A DNA stretch of 32,000 nt, taken from contig NC_017262.1 of assembly GCF_000175255.2 (NCBI RefSeq), forward strand, positions 1,800,001 through 1,832,000. The letters run 5' to 3'. How positions within the stretch are numbered: the stretch's first letter is position 1; every line of letters starts with the position of its first letter. A model generated the notes under the pieces. That model was given only the letters and a program-made list of their open reading frames with translations, searched no databases and was not told where the DNA came from. This stretch comes from Zymomonas mobilis subsp. mobilis ATCC 10988. Its GTDB lineage: Bacteria; Pseudomonadota; Alphaproteobacteria; Sphingomonadales; Sphingomonadaceae. The position numbers and the translations under genes are program-made. Of this stretch, positions 19,931-29,699 are shown in pieces.

Positions 19931-21231
19931 TATTTATTAAGCCTTGATATCACAGATTCAGCGTGAGCAGGCAGGCCTTCAGCCTTTGCCAAAGTCACGG
20001 CCGCAGGGCCAATCTTACTTAAAGCCTCTTGCGAGCAATTAAGATAAGTGGTGCGCTTCATAAAGTCGATAACCGACAATCCAGAAGAGAAGCGCGCACG
20101 ACGACCGGTTGGCAAAACATGGTTCGGGCCACCAACATAATCGCCGATGGCTTCCGGCGTATAACGGCCAAGGAAGACCGAACCAGAGTGGTGCACATTG
20201 GCAAATAAAGCATCAGGATCGGCCACCGCCAATTCAAGATGTTCCGGTGCCAGACGGTCAACCAAAGCAGGGGCTTCGTCCAAAGACTGCACCAAAATAG
20301 TGGCGCCGTGTTTGTCCCAGCTTTCGCGGGCAACCTTTTGGGTTTCCAGTTTTTCCAGTCTTCTTCCAACGGCTTCGATCGTTTTTTCGATCAAATCTTC
20401 GGAATCAGAAATCAAAATTGACTGGCTGGTCGGGTCATGTTCAGCCTGACTTAAAAGATCGGCCGCCAACCATTCGGGATCGTTGTCCTTATCGGCAACC
20501 ACCACGATTTCAGACGGGCCTGCCACCATATCAATGCCGACCTGACCGTAAAGCTGACGCTTAGCTTCAGCCACCCAAGCGTTACCGGGGCCGACAACGA
20601 CATCAACCGGTTTGATCTTTTCAGTTCCCAAGGCCAAAGCCGCGACAGCCTGTGCGCCACCAATTTTCCAGATTTCATCGACTTCGGAAATCACAGCAGC
20701 GGCAATCACGGCTGGATTGACAAAGCCATCTGGAGTTGGGGTCACCATAACCAGACGCTTCACACCAGCGACCTTTGCTGGCACGGCATTCATCAAAACA
20801 GAAGAACAATAAGCGGCACGTCCACCCGGAACATAAAGACCGGCGGCTTCAACGGCCTGCCAACGAACACCCATACGAACGCCAGCGGCATCGGTCATCT
20901 CGCTGCTTTCAGGCAGCTGGTTTTCGTGGCAGTAACGAATACGGGTCGCAGCCAGTTTTAAAGCGTCCATCAATTCCGAAGGCAGGGAATCACAAGCCTT
21001 CTTGATTTCTTCTTGGGTCAGCTGCCATCCACCCTTATTCAGATCATGACGATCGAATTTCTGGGTCAATTCGGCAATAGCAACGTCACCCCGTTTTTTG
21101 ACATCGGCAATAATGGCCGAGACATCACGGGAAACATCGCCTTCGCTTTCCCGTCTTTCATCAACTAACCGAGTAAAATCAGCTTGGAAATCAGCCTTAC
21201 GGCTATCTAATTTAAGCAACATTATCCGCAA
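19930..21231 (-). CDS. hisD: Histidinol dehydrogenase
   Basis: '[28 protein letters not shown]', '[37 protein letters not shown]'. Confidence 0.98.
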
Positions 21232-21880
21232 CTCCTACCAAACGGCGGAAATTTTCAACCAAGGGCGCAATATCGCCCGCCCGCATTTTGAACGCGGCAC
21301 GGTTGACAATCAGACGAGCGGAAATCGGCATAATTTTTTCGACTTCAACCAACCCGTTTTCTTCCAAGGTGCGCCCTGACGAGACGAGATCGACAATCCG
21401 GCCCGCAAGACCCAGAGCAGGGGCGATTTCCATCGCACCATTGAGCTTAATACACTCAGCCTGAACCCCGCGAGCCTCGAAATGTCGATGCGTCAAATGC
21501 GGGTATTTGGTAGCAACACGGACATGGCTCCATTCCCGTGGGTCATCATCTTTCGCAAGCCTTTTCGGCTCCGCTATAGAAAGACGACAGTGACCGATAT
21601 CAAGGTCAACTGGCGCATAAAGCTCGGGATAGCTGAATTCTTCAATAACATCGGAACCGACAATACCCATCTGGGCAGCCCCATGCGCAACAAAGGTTGC
21701 AACATCAAAGGCGCGAACCCGAATAATTTCGATATCGGGGCGGTTCGTTTTGAAGCGCAGCAACCGGCTTTCTTTATCCAGAAAGGCCGGCTCAGGAATG
21801 ATACCGGCGGCTTCCAACATAGGAAGCGCCTCTTTCAGAATACGACCTTTCGGGATAGCAAAGACAAGCGGTTTAGTCAT
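21212..21880 (-). CDS. hisG: ATP phosphoribosyltransferase (short form)
   Basis: '[18 protein letters not shown]', '[14 protein letters not shown]', '[23 protein letters not shown]'. Overlaps hisD by 20 bp. Confidence 0.97.
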
Positions 21881-21968
21881 GATGGAGGTTCCATACCCCT
21901 TGAAGCCCTATTCAGCAAGAAAAGGCGACATAAAAAGGCGAAAAAAAACAGATAAAAGAGAAGTCAGG

Positions 21969-22274
21969 CTATTCCTGCCTTAAAGGCGTGTCCAGTTTCA
22001 GTCTTAAAGCATGAATCCGGTCAGGTAATAGGTCTGATAGCGCCTTATGGACCATTCTTTCCCGACTGATTCGGCTTTCATTTTCAAATGCTTGGGAAAC
22101 AAGGGTTACCGTAAAATGGCTTTCGCTCCGATGCGGATGACCGGCATGACCAGCATGCTTGTTGCTATCATCTTCAATGACCAGTGTCTCCGGCGAGAAA
22201 GCAGCCTCTAAACGTTCCCGCATTAAACGCGTGACGGGGCCTTCATTATTGTCGGATGGACTGGACATATTCAT
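21969..22274 (-). CDS. BolA family protein
   Basis: 'RLEAAFSPETLVIEDDSNKHAGHAG...ESHFTVTLVSQAFENESRISRERMVHKAL'. Confidence 0.92.
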   Translation of the reverse strand: MNMSSPSDNNEGPVTRLMRERLEAAFSPETLVIEDDSNKHAGHAGHPHRSESHFTVTLVSQAFENESRISRERMVHKALSDLLPDRIHALRLKLDTPLRQE

Positions 22275-22637
22275 AAAATTTCCCTCGGCTTTGGGTTTAT
22301 CGCTATAACAGCCTATTCTAAATTGAGATGATTTGAAAATTTTCCAGACTAATTTTTATTTTTAGGCTCGAAGGATGCCAGAATAACGGGATTTTAATGG
22401 CTATTCTTACAGAAAATTCTTGGAAAAATGGCCTGAATGACAAGGCCGTCATCGCGCTTCTCTTCGCAAATGAGGGTTTTAATGGATCGGTAAAAATTTC
22501 GAGGGATAACGGCTTCTCATTTTAAAATATTCAGCAATCTGTCCGATCAAAGAAAGCGGTTATTATCCTTTTACCCTCGATCCTCGAAAATAGGACGGAG
22601 TAGTCTCTTTTAAAAAGACTCCTCCGCCCCAATATTA

Positions 22638-24815
22638 TCAATTATTCAAATCAATCAGTCTCTCTGCCCGACTTAACGCCATAATCGGGAAGAATTGCCG
22701 ATAAAAATCATAACGCAGCATAAACGCCCGTGACAGTTCAGCGCCTTGAAGCAATCGTTTCGACAAAGCCGGATCATCCAACTTGATCGTCTGACCCACG
22801 CCATAACCGGGGAATCCGGTGCCGGTGAATTCTTCTTCTTTCCAGCTACCATCCTGCTCTTGGCGATCAATCAGATAATGGCATCCCTTGGCAATGGCTT
22901 CATAATCTTCGGGACGATTGGCCGCGATCAACCCCATCAAAGCCCAAGCGGTCTGGGACGGCGTAGTTGGGCCCTTCCCAATGGAATCAATCTCCATATA
23001 GGAAGAGCAGCTTTCGCCCCAACCGCCGTCTTCCTGCTGATGTGCGACCAGCCAATCGCAAGCCTTCGTGATGTAAGGCTGGGTCATATCTTCACCGATC
23101 GCCGCCAAAGCAGGCAGAACCGCACCGGTGCCATAGATATAATTAACGCCCCAACGACCAAACCACGCGCCTTCGGCTTCCTGTTCGGAACGGACATAGT
23201 CGATCGCTTTTTGGATGACCGGCATATCGCGGGACAGTCCCAAGGTGCCAAAGGCCTCTAAAACATGCGCCGTTACATCGACTGAAGGCGGATCAATAGA
23301 TTCTCCGAAATCACAAAAAGGAATTTTGGAAAGGATACTTCTGTTATTATCCTTATCAAAGGCTCCCCAACCGCCACATTCGCTTTGCATGGCGATCAAC
23401 CAATTAACCCCACGGGTAATGGCATCCTCAACGCCTTTCTTTTGCCACTCTTCCTTATCACGATAAGAGGAAAGGGCGATCAAAGCGACGGCGGTATCAT
23501 CGGTATCGGGATAGCGATCATTGGCATATTCAAATGCCCATCCACCGGGTTCAACATCAGGTAGTTTGATTGACCAATCGCCTTTGACTTTGACCTGTCG
23601 AGCCAAAAGCCAATCGGCGGCCTTATCCATTTCCGGCGTAAAACGATCCTCGGCCTTGGCGTCTTTTAACGCCATCAAGGCCAACATTGTATCCCATACC
23701 GGACTATTGGTGGCCTGTATCCAAGAAGACTCGCCTCTGTCATGTCGCCAACCGGGATCATCCAAAGCCGACAAAGCCTTGGCCATCACCGGATGATAAA
23801 GCTGATAGCCTTCACCATGTAACGCCATCAAACCATAGACCCAAGGCGGCTGAATTCCACCCCAACCGCCATCGGCATCCTGATGCCGGATAATCCATTC
23901 CAAAACGTGACGGATAGCGGCTTCACGCAAGCTATTGCGCTTTAACAGATTGGACTGAACCCAATGTAATCCACGGTCAGTGGTTCGGAAAAATTGCGAC
24001 CAAAGATTGATGCCTTCTTTTTTCGGCAATTCATAATCAAAGCGAGCGCGGCCTTCTGGAAACAGTTCATCCAAGCGGTCTTGGGGGCGCAGCGGGCGGC
24101 TTGGTCGTCTCGCGGACAGAATAGCAATCGGCACCATGGTTGCCCGCGCCCATTGGGCAAAATTATAAATCGAAAAGACAAAATTATCAGGGAACCAGAT
24201 AATTTCAGGGGGAAGGTTAGGGGTCTTTTCCCAAGGCCATTCCCCGATCAACGCCAGCCAATAACGGGTAAAGACACGGATATTTTTTAATCCGCCTTTT
24301 TCTGCAATCCATGTTGCCGCTTTTTTCAAAACAGGATTGTCGGCAGAATACCCCAAAGACCGCAAAGCCGCATAGGCTTCAACCGTGGCATTGATATCGC
24401 CATTTCCAGCGCCAAAATAGACCCCCCAAGAGCCATCTTCCCGCTGCATTTCCAAAAGAGCATTGCCCAATCTTGGACGAAGCGGATGATCTTCCAGACC
24501 CAAAAACCACAAGGCCAGACACCATTCTGCTTCCATCGAAGCATTGGATTCCACGGCACCGACCCAATGACCATCGGGCTTTTGTTGTCCGATCAACCAG
24601 TCACAGGCTGAAACAAGGGTATTATTCAGACTATTCCCCATAGTCTTGAATATCGTTTTGTCGACTTTTGCCGTCGGTTCAGGCCGCCGATTCGGTCTTC
24701 TCAGGGTATCCGTTCCGATTATGGTATCGGAAGCCGGTTTATACGAGGTTTTTTCAGCCCCGAAAATCTTCTTCATTAACAAGCGACTTAAGCTATTCAT
24801 TCTGTCAATACCCAT
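22638..24815 (-). CDS. shc: Squalene-hopene cyclase
   Basis: 725 aa; 'PDTDDTAVALIAL' (DxDD acid motif) and multiple QW repeats ('QRQDGSWG'-like, e.g. 'QEDGGWGESCSSY', 'QEQDGSWKEEEFTGTGFP'). Confidence 0.97.
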   Translation of the reverse strand: MGIDRMNSLSRLLMKKIFGAEKTSYKPASDTIIGTDTLRRPNRRPEPTAKVDKTIFKTMGNSLNNTLVSACDWLIGQQKPDGHWVGAVESNASMEAEWCLALWFLGLEDHPLRPRLGNALLEMQREDGSWGVYFGAGNGDINATVEAYAALRSLGYSADNPVLKKAATWIAEKGGLKNIRVFTRYWLALIGEWPWEKTPNLPPEIIWFPDNFVFSIYNFAQWARATMVPIAILSARRPSRPLRPQDRLDELFPEGRARFDYELPKKEGINLWSQFFRTTDRGLHWVQSNLLKRNSLREAAIRHVLEWIIRHQDADGGWGGIQPPWVYGLMALHGEGYQLYHPVMAKALSALDDPGWRHDRGESSWIQATNSPVWDTMLALMALKDAKAEDRFTPEMDKAADWLLARQVKVKGDWSIKLPDVEPGGWAFEYANDRYPDTDDTAVALIALSSYRDKEEWQKKGVEDAITRGVNWLIAMQSECGGWGAFDKDNNRSILSKIPFCDFGESIDPPSVDVTAHVLEAFGTLGLSRDMPVIQKAIDYVRSEQEAEGAWFGRWGVNYIYGTGAVLPALAAIGEDMTQPYITKACDWLVAHQQEDGGWGESCSSYMEIDSIGKGPTTPSQTAWALMGLIAANRPEDYEAIAKGCHYLIDRQEQDGSWKEEEFTGTGFPGYGVGQTIKLDDPALSKRLLQGAELSRAFMLRYDFYRQFFPIMALSRAERLIDLNN

Positions 24816-24830
24816 ACGAAACAGACAAAT

Positions 24831-25397
24831 TTATTTGAATGATGCACGGCCAGCTTGCGCTGACGGCACCAGTTTTTTGATATCGTCGAACACCGTCGCC
24901 CATTCGCTTTCCGACATTTTGATAAAGCCGAGGCTTCTTAGAAAAAAAGCGCCCTCGGCCGCAAAAAGCATGGTGCGGATATGCCTTGCCTCTTCGGATT
25001 GTCCCAAATTTTTCTCCATCCATCTGGCATACCATGCCTGTATTTTCTTCAGATGATTGGGCGATTGCAGTAACGTCACCAACATGCCTACCATGCGGGC
25101 GCTGGTGGCATCATCAATCTGGCTGGATGCCTGCACATAAGCACGGGCTTCTCCGGCGGGACTATCATCCGATTGGCTATATTCCTTTACTTCACAATCA
25201 AAAGCAGCAAACCAGCGGTCAATCAAAGCCGTAATCAAATCGTCTTTGCTACCGAAACAATATTGTAATCCGCCCTTGGTAATGCCCGCCTCTTTGGCCA
25301 CTGCTTCGAGAGTCATTGCGGTTGCGCCTGCTCTTTGAACCAGTTGTTCCGCAGACTTCAAGACCCTTTCCCTGTCAATGGTTCTGGGGCGTGCCAT
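24831..25397 (-). CDS. TetR/AcrR family transcriptional regulator
   Basis: 'RERVLKSAEQLVQRAGATAMTLEAVAKEAGITKGGLQYCFGSKDDLITALIDRW' HTH. Ends 15 nt before shc. Confidence 0.95.
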   Translation of the reverse strand: MARPRTIDRERVLKSAEQLVQRAGATAMTLEAVAKEAGITKGGLQYCFGSKDDLITALIDRWFAAFDCEVKEYSQSDDSPAGEARAYVQASSQIDDATSARMVGMLVTLLQSPNHLKKIQAWYARWMEKNLGQSEEARHIRTMLFAAEGAFFLRSLGFIKMSESEWATVFDDIKKLVPSAQAGRASFK

Positions 25398-25531
25398 AAA
25401 TACCTCATTATTTCATTCCATCCGGCTGGAATTAAACTAGAAATTTTTTACTTTCAAGCTATATCTAAGAAGGATATCGCGAGACAGGAAAGGACAAGGC
25501 TCTTTAACTTCGATATTCCAAGAGCCGGAAT

Positions 25532-26155
25532 ATGGGGACAAGTTTGGCGGAAAGAGACAGAAAAAGCACTTCCGAACGATTCCACGGACGGGTATCAGGG
25601 CAGGATCGCCTTTGCGAGCATCCCGGCTGCACCAAGCTCGGCGAGTTTAAAGCGCCTCGTCAAGCGGGCGAAACACCCCCCGAAGGGGGCGATAGCCGCT
25701 GGCATTGGTTTTGCCTCGAACATGTGCGCGCCTTTAATAATAGCTATAATTATTTTGAAGGCATGTCCGAGGAAGAAATCTATCACGAACAGCGTCCCTA
25801 TAGTGGTTGGGAAACAGAAAGCCGTGCCTTCGCCACCAATGGCAGCACCCCCCCGCCACGCTGGGCTGATTTCAAAGACCCCCTTGATGCGGTGGCTGCC
25901 CGCTTTAAACGATCAGGCGATAAAGGTTTTTTTCATCGCCAAAGCGGAAAGCGTGTTTCCCCTTCTGATGAAAAGGCCTTAAAAACGCTAGGACTTGAAG
26001 CCGGAGCCGATCGGGGTAAACTTCGTAAAAGATATGCCGAATTACTGCGGCGCTATCATCCTGACCGCAATGGAGGCAACCGCTCTTATGAGAAGGCATT
26101 ACAGGATGTTATCGCCGCTTATACGCATTTGAAATCCTCTGCTGTTTTTGCCTAA
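25532..26155 (+). CDS. J-domain (DnaJ-like) protein
   Basis: C-terminal J domain 'ALKTLGLEAGADRGKLRKRYAELLRRYHPDRNGGNRSYEKALQDVIAAYTHL' with HPD motif; Cys-containing N-terminal region. Confidence 0.93.
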   Translation: MGTSLAERDRKSTSERFHGRVSGQDRLCEHPGCTKLGEFKAPRQAGETPPEGGDSRWHWFCLEHVRAFNNSYNYFEGMSEEEIYHEQRPYSGWETESRAFATNGSTPPPRWADFKDPLDAVAARFKRSGDKGFFHRQSGKRVSPSDEKALKTLGLEAGADRGKLRKRYAELLRRYHPDRNGGNRSYEKALQDVIAAYTHLKSSAVFA

Positions 26156-26183
26156 TATCACAAGTTATTCTCAAGGAAAGATC

Positions 26184-27167
26184 ATGGCTGAGTTCGACAA
26201 TTTTCAATCTGACAGTGAAACGGTTCTCGACGCGCCGGATATCAAGGTAAAGGTAAGGGATGTCTTCGGCATTGATTCCGATATGGAAGTCCCTGCTTTT
26301 TCGATTGCCGATGAACGGGTGCCGGATCTTGATCCAGCTTATATCTTCGACAAAGAAACGACCCTCGCGATTTTGGCAGGCTTTGCCTATAATCGGCGGG
26401 TAATGGTGCAGGGCTATCACGGCACCGGTAAATCTTCTCATATCGAACAGATCGCTGCACGGCTGAAATGGCCGACCATGCGCGTCAATCTCGATGCCCA
26501 TATCAGCCGTATCGACTTAATCGGCCGCGATGCAATCGTGCTGCGCGATGGTCAGCAGATCACCGAATTTCAAGAAGGCATCCTGCCTTGGGCTTTGCAA
26601 ACGCCAACAGCCTTGGTGTTTGACGAATATGATGCCGGTCGTCCTGATGTGATGTTCGTGATCCAACGCGTTTTGGAAACCAGTGGCAAGCTGACTTTAC
26701 TGGATCAAAATCGTGTTATCCGCCCCAATCCTTATTTCCGTTTGTTCGCAACCGCGAATACCGTTGGCTTGGGCGATACCAGCGGCCTTTATCACGGCAC
26801 GCAACAAATTAACCAAGGCCAAATGGATCGTTGGAATATCGTTACAAGGCTGAATTACCTCCCGTCTGAAACGGAAGAAAAGATCATCCTTGCCAAACGC
26901 CCCGACTATGACAGCGAAGAAGGTAAAAAGCTGATTGCCCGTATGGTCAACGTTGCAGACCTGACCCGCGCAGGCTTTATCAACGGCGATATCTCAACCG
27001 TGATGAGTCCTAGAACCGTTTTAAGCTGGGCTGAAAATGAATCCATTTTCAAAGACACGGCTTTTGCCTTCAAGGTTTCTTTCCTGAATCGTTGTGACGA
27101 ATCCGAAAGACCGCTGGTGGCTGAATATTACCAACGTGTTTTTGGTCAGGATTTACCGCTGGACTAA
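26184..27167 (+). CDS. cobS: CobS-like AAA+ ATPase (cobaltochelatase subunit CobS family)
   Basis: 'GYHGTGKSSHIEQIAARLKWP' Walker A, 'LVFDEYDAGRPDVMFVIQRVLE' Walker B. Start at the internal ATG 26184, preceded by AAGGAAAG. Confidence 0.93.
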   Translation: MAEFDNFQSDSETVLDAPDIKVKVRDVFGIDSDMEVPAFSIADERVPDLDPAYIFDKETTLAILAGFAYNRRVMVQGYHGTGKSSHIEQIAARLKWPTMRVNLDAHISRIDLIGRDAIVLRDGQQITEFQEGILPWALQTPTALVFDEYDAGRPDVMFVIQRVLETSGKLTLLDQNRVIRPNPYFRLFATANTVGLGDTSGLYHGTQQINQGQMDRWNIVTRLNYLPSETEEKIILAKRPDYDSEEGKKLIARMVNVADLTRAGFINGDISTVMSPRTVLSWAENESIFKDTAFAFKVSFLNRCDESERPLVAEYYQRVFGQDLPLD

Positions 27168-27191
27168 TATGTAATGAAAGAGCCGCGCACC

Positions 27192-29036
27192 ATGGCTGAC
27201 GATACCCAATTCGATAAATTCCGGCAGTATTTAAGCGGTGTTGCCCGTGCGATTGCGGATAAGCCTGGTCTGGATGTCCGTTTTACGACCCAAACGCCTT
27301 CAATGAAGGATAGTGTGATCTCGGTGCCGATGCCCGACAGATTGCTTTCGCCTGAAAATGTAGCTTTGGCGCGTGGGGTAACCGACGCTTTCGCCTTGAA
27401 AGCAAAATGGCATAATCCGCTGTTACATGCCGAAAAAAGACCGATAGATGCCCAAGCCAGCCATATCCTCGATGGGCTGGAACAAGCACGGGTAGAATCG
27501 CTTGGCGCGCAAGCGATGGATGGCGTGCGGCAAAATTTGAAAGTGGCCTTGGAATCCGAATTATCCAAGACCAATTTGTCGCAAATCAAAATTCGGGAAG
27601 AAGTGCCGTTAGACATCGCCCTGCCGCTGTTATTGCGGGAAAGAATGACCGGCGATGCCCCGCCAGAATCGGCTAAAAAAGCCTTGGAGCTCTTGCGCCC
27701 TTGGGTAGCAGAAAAGGCCGATCAAGCCTTGGATGCGTTGGCGCAATCGGCTTCCGATCAATCGAGTTTCACCTCTCAAGCCTTAAATCTGTTGCAAGAT
27801 TTACAAATCATCTCGCTACAAGATCAGCCGGAAACCAAGCCCACGGATTCTGATGATGCCAATGGCGAAGATGAGGATGAAACACCGAAAGGGGCAGAAA
27901 GCAAACCCGATCAAGGCGATGAAGACAGCAGCAGCGAAGCCACCGAAATGAAGGGGCAGGGGCAACAAGCCGATGACTCGGAGGAAATAACCTCTTCTAC
28001 CAGTCATGACGGTGAAGACGGTGAAGAACAAGAAAATGGCGGCGGCGATGACGAAGGTGAAGGATTATCTCCCGATGCCTCCGGCCAGAAAATGCTTTCA
28101 CCTAATGCCTTTGATTATAAAATCTATACGACGCGCTATGACGAGGTCGTCGCTGCCCATGATCTCTGCGATGAAGAGGAATTGCGGCGGCTGCGTTCTT
28201 ATCTCGATCAGCAGTTAAACGCCCTTCATGGCATGGTGACACGGCTGGCCAATCGCCTTCAACGCCGATTACAGGCGCAGCAAAACCGCCATTGGGACTT
28301 CGATCAGGAAGAAGGCCTGTTGGACTCCGCTCGTTTATCACGCGTGGTCGCCAATCCTTTGTTGCCTCTTAGCTATAAGATCGAAAGAGAGGCCAGCTTT
28401 AAAGATACAGTCGTTACCGTCCTGATCGACAATTCTGGTTCGATGCGCGGACGCCCTATTTCAATCGCCGCGATTTCTACGGATATTTTGGCTCGGACAT
28501 TGGAACGTTGCGGGGTCAGAACCGAGATTCTCGGCTTTACAACGCGGGCATGGAAAGGCGGCAACAGCCGCGAAGATTGGATGAATAATGGTCGTCCAGC
28601 AGCCCCGGGGCGCTTAAATGATCTAAGGCATATTATTTATAAAGAAGCAGACGAACCGTGGCGGCGAGCGAAAAATTCGCTTGGCCTGATGATGCGGGAA
28701 GGGTTGTTAAAAGAAAATATCGACGGCGAAGCCTTATTATGGGCGCATAATCGCCTTTTGGCACGGCAAGAAGATCGCCGTATCCTGATGGTGATTTCCG
28801 ATGGTGCGCCGGTGGATGATTCCACACTTTCCGTCAACAGTAGCAGCTTTCTTGAAAAGCATCTTCGGAAAGTCATCGACTGGATTGAGAATAAATCACC
28901 GGTAGAATTGCTGGCGATTGGTATCGGCCATGATGTGACCCGCTATTATAAACGGGCTGTAACGCTGATGGATGCTGAGCAACTGGGCGGCGCTATTGTC
29001 GAACAACTGGCGGCGCTTTTTGACGATAAAAAATAG
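27192..29036 (+). CDS. cobT: CobT-like cobaltochelatase subunit with VWA domain
   Basis: Long acidic linker plus '[16 protein letters not shown]' MIDAS motif and '[18 protein letters not shown]'. Start chosen at MADDTQFD. Confidence 0.93.
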   Translation: MADDTQFDKFRQYLSGVARAIADKPGLDVRFTTQTPSMKDSVISVPMPDRLLSPENVALARGVTDAFALKAKWHNPLLHAEKRPIDAQASHILDGLEQARVESLGAQAMDGVRQNLKVALESELSKTNLSQIKIREEVPLDIALPLLLRERMTGDAPPESAKKALELLRPWVAEKADQALDALAQSASDQSSFTSQALNLLQDLQIISLQDQPETKPTDSDDANGEDEDETPKGAESKPDQGDEDSSSEATEMKGQGQQADDSEEITSSTSHDGEDGEEQENGGGDDEGEGLSPDASGQKMLSPNAFDYKIYTTRYDEVVAAHDLCDEEELRRLRSYLDQQLNALHGMVTRLANRLQRRLQAQQNRHWDFDQEEGLLDSARLSRVVANPLLPLSYKIEREASFKDTVVTVLIDNSGSMRGRPISIAAISTDILARTLERCGVRTEILGFTTRAWKGGNSREDWMNNGRPAAPGRLNDLRHIIYKEADEPWRRAKNSLGLMMREGLLKENIDGEALLWAHNRLLARQEDRRILMVISDGAPVDDSTLSVNSSSFLEKHLRKVIDWIENKSPVELLAIGIGHDVTRYYKRAVTLMDAEQLGGAIVEQLAALFDDKK

Positions 29037-29060
29037 CCGGAAAATCATGATGGTTGCCAC

Positions 29061-29090
29061 AAAAAAAAGCCCGATAAAATCGGGCTTTTT
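29061..29090. terminator. Bidirectional intrinsic terminator between convergent cobT and ssb
   Basis: AAAAAAAAGCCCGATAAAATCGGGCTTTTT: GCCCGA/TCGGGC stem flanked by A- and T-tracts. Confidence 0.9.
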
Positions 29091-29110
29091 TATTATAAGA
29101 AAGGCCAATC

Positions 29111-29605
29111 CTAGAAAGGCACATCATCATCCAAATCATCGTCAAAAGGCGCATAATCAAAGCCGACGCTGCTTTTGCCCAATTCATTGTTAGACGATCC
29201 GGCATTACTACCGCCACCAAAACCGCCGCCGCCGTTGAAATCACCGCCGCCACTGCGACCATCCAACATCACAAGGCTGGCATTAAATCCTTGCAAAACA
29301 ACTTCGGTTGAATAGCGATCCTGACCGGACTGATCCTGCCATTTACGGGTTTGCAGCTGGCCTTCAATGTAGACTTTGCTGCCTTTCCGCAAATATTGCT
29401 CGGCAACTTTCACCAAACCTTCACTGAAGATGGCGACAGAATGCCATTCGGTTTTTTCACGCCGTTCACCACTATTGCGATCACGCCATGTTTCAGAGGT
29501 CGCAATCTGTAAATTAGCCACTCTGTTACCATTGCTAAAGCTTCTTATTTCGGGGTCACGCCCCAAATTACCCAGCAAAATAACTTTGTTGACACTGCCT
29601 GCCAT
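29111..29605 (-). CDS. ssb: Single-stranded DNA-binding protein
   Basis: '[37 protein letters not shown]' and acidic tail '[10 protein letters not shown]'. Confidence 0.98.
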   Translation of the reverse strand: MAGSVNKVILLGNLGRDPEIRSFSNGNRVANLQIATSETWRDRNSGERREKTEWHSVAIFSEGLVKVAEQYLRKGSKVYIEGQLQTRKWQDQSGQDRYSTEVVLQGFNASLVMLDGRSGGGDFNGGGGFGGGSNAGSSNNELGKSSVGFDYAPFDDDLDDDVPF

Positions 29606-29699
29606 AAAATTCCCTCGACACTATTCGTTGTTCTTTCCATAGCCGTTTTTTTCGGTTTTTCCAAAGGCTTTCCTGAAAAGCCCTCGGCAAAAACACATT

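Noticed and set aside
24646-25056. Plus-strand 136-aa ORF antisense to shc start and tetR
   Set aside because: Antisense to two strong genes, with no family signature.
25335-25982. 215-aa plus-strand ORF overlapping the TetR start and J-domain gene
   Set aside because: Protein lacks domain-like character and overlaps the well-supported J-domain protein (25532-26155) in another frame.
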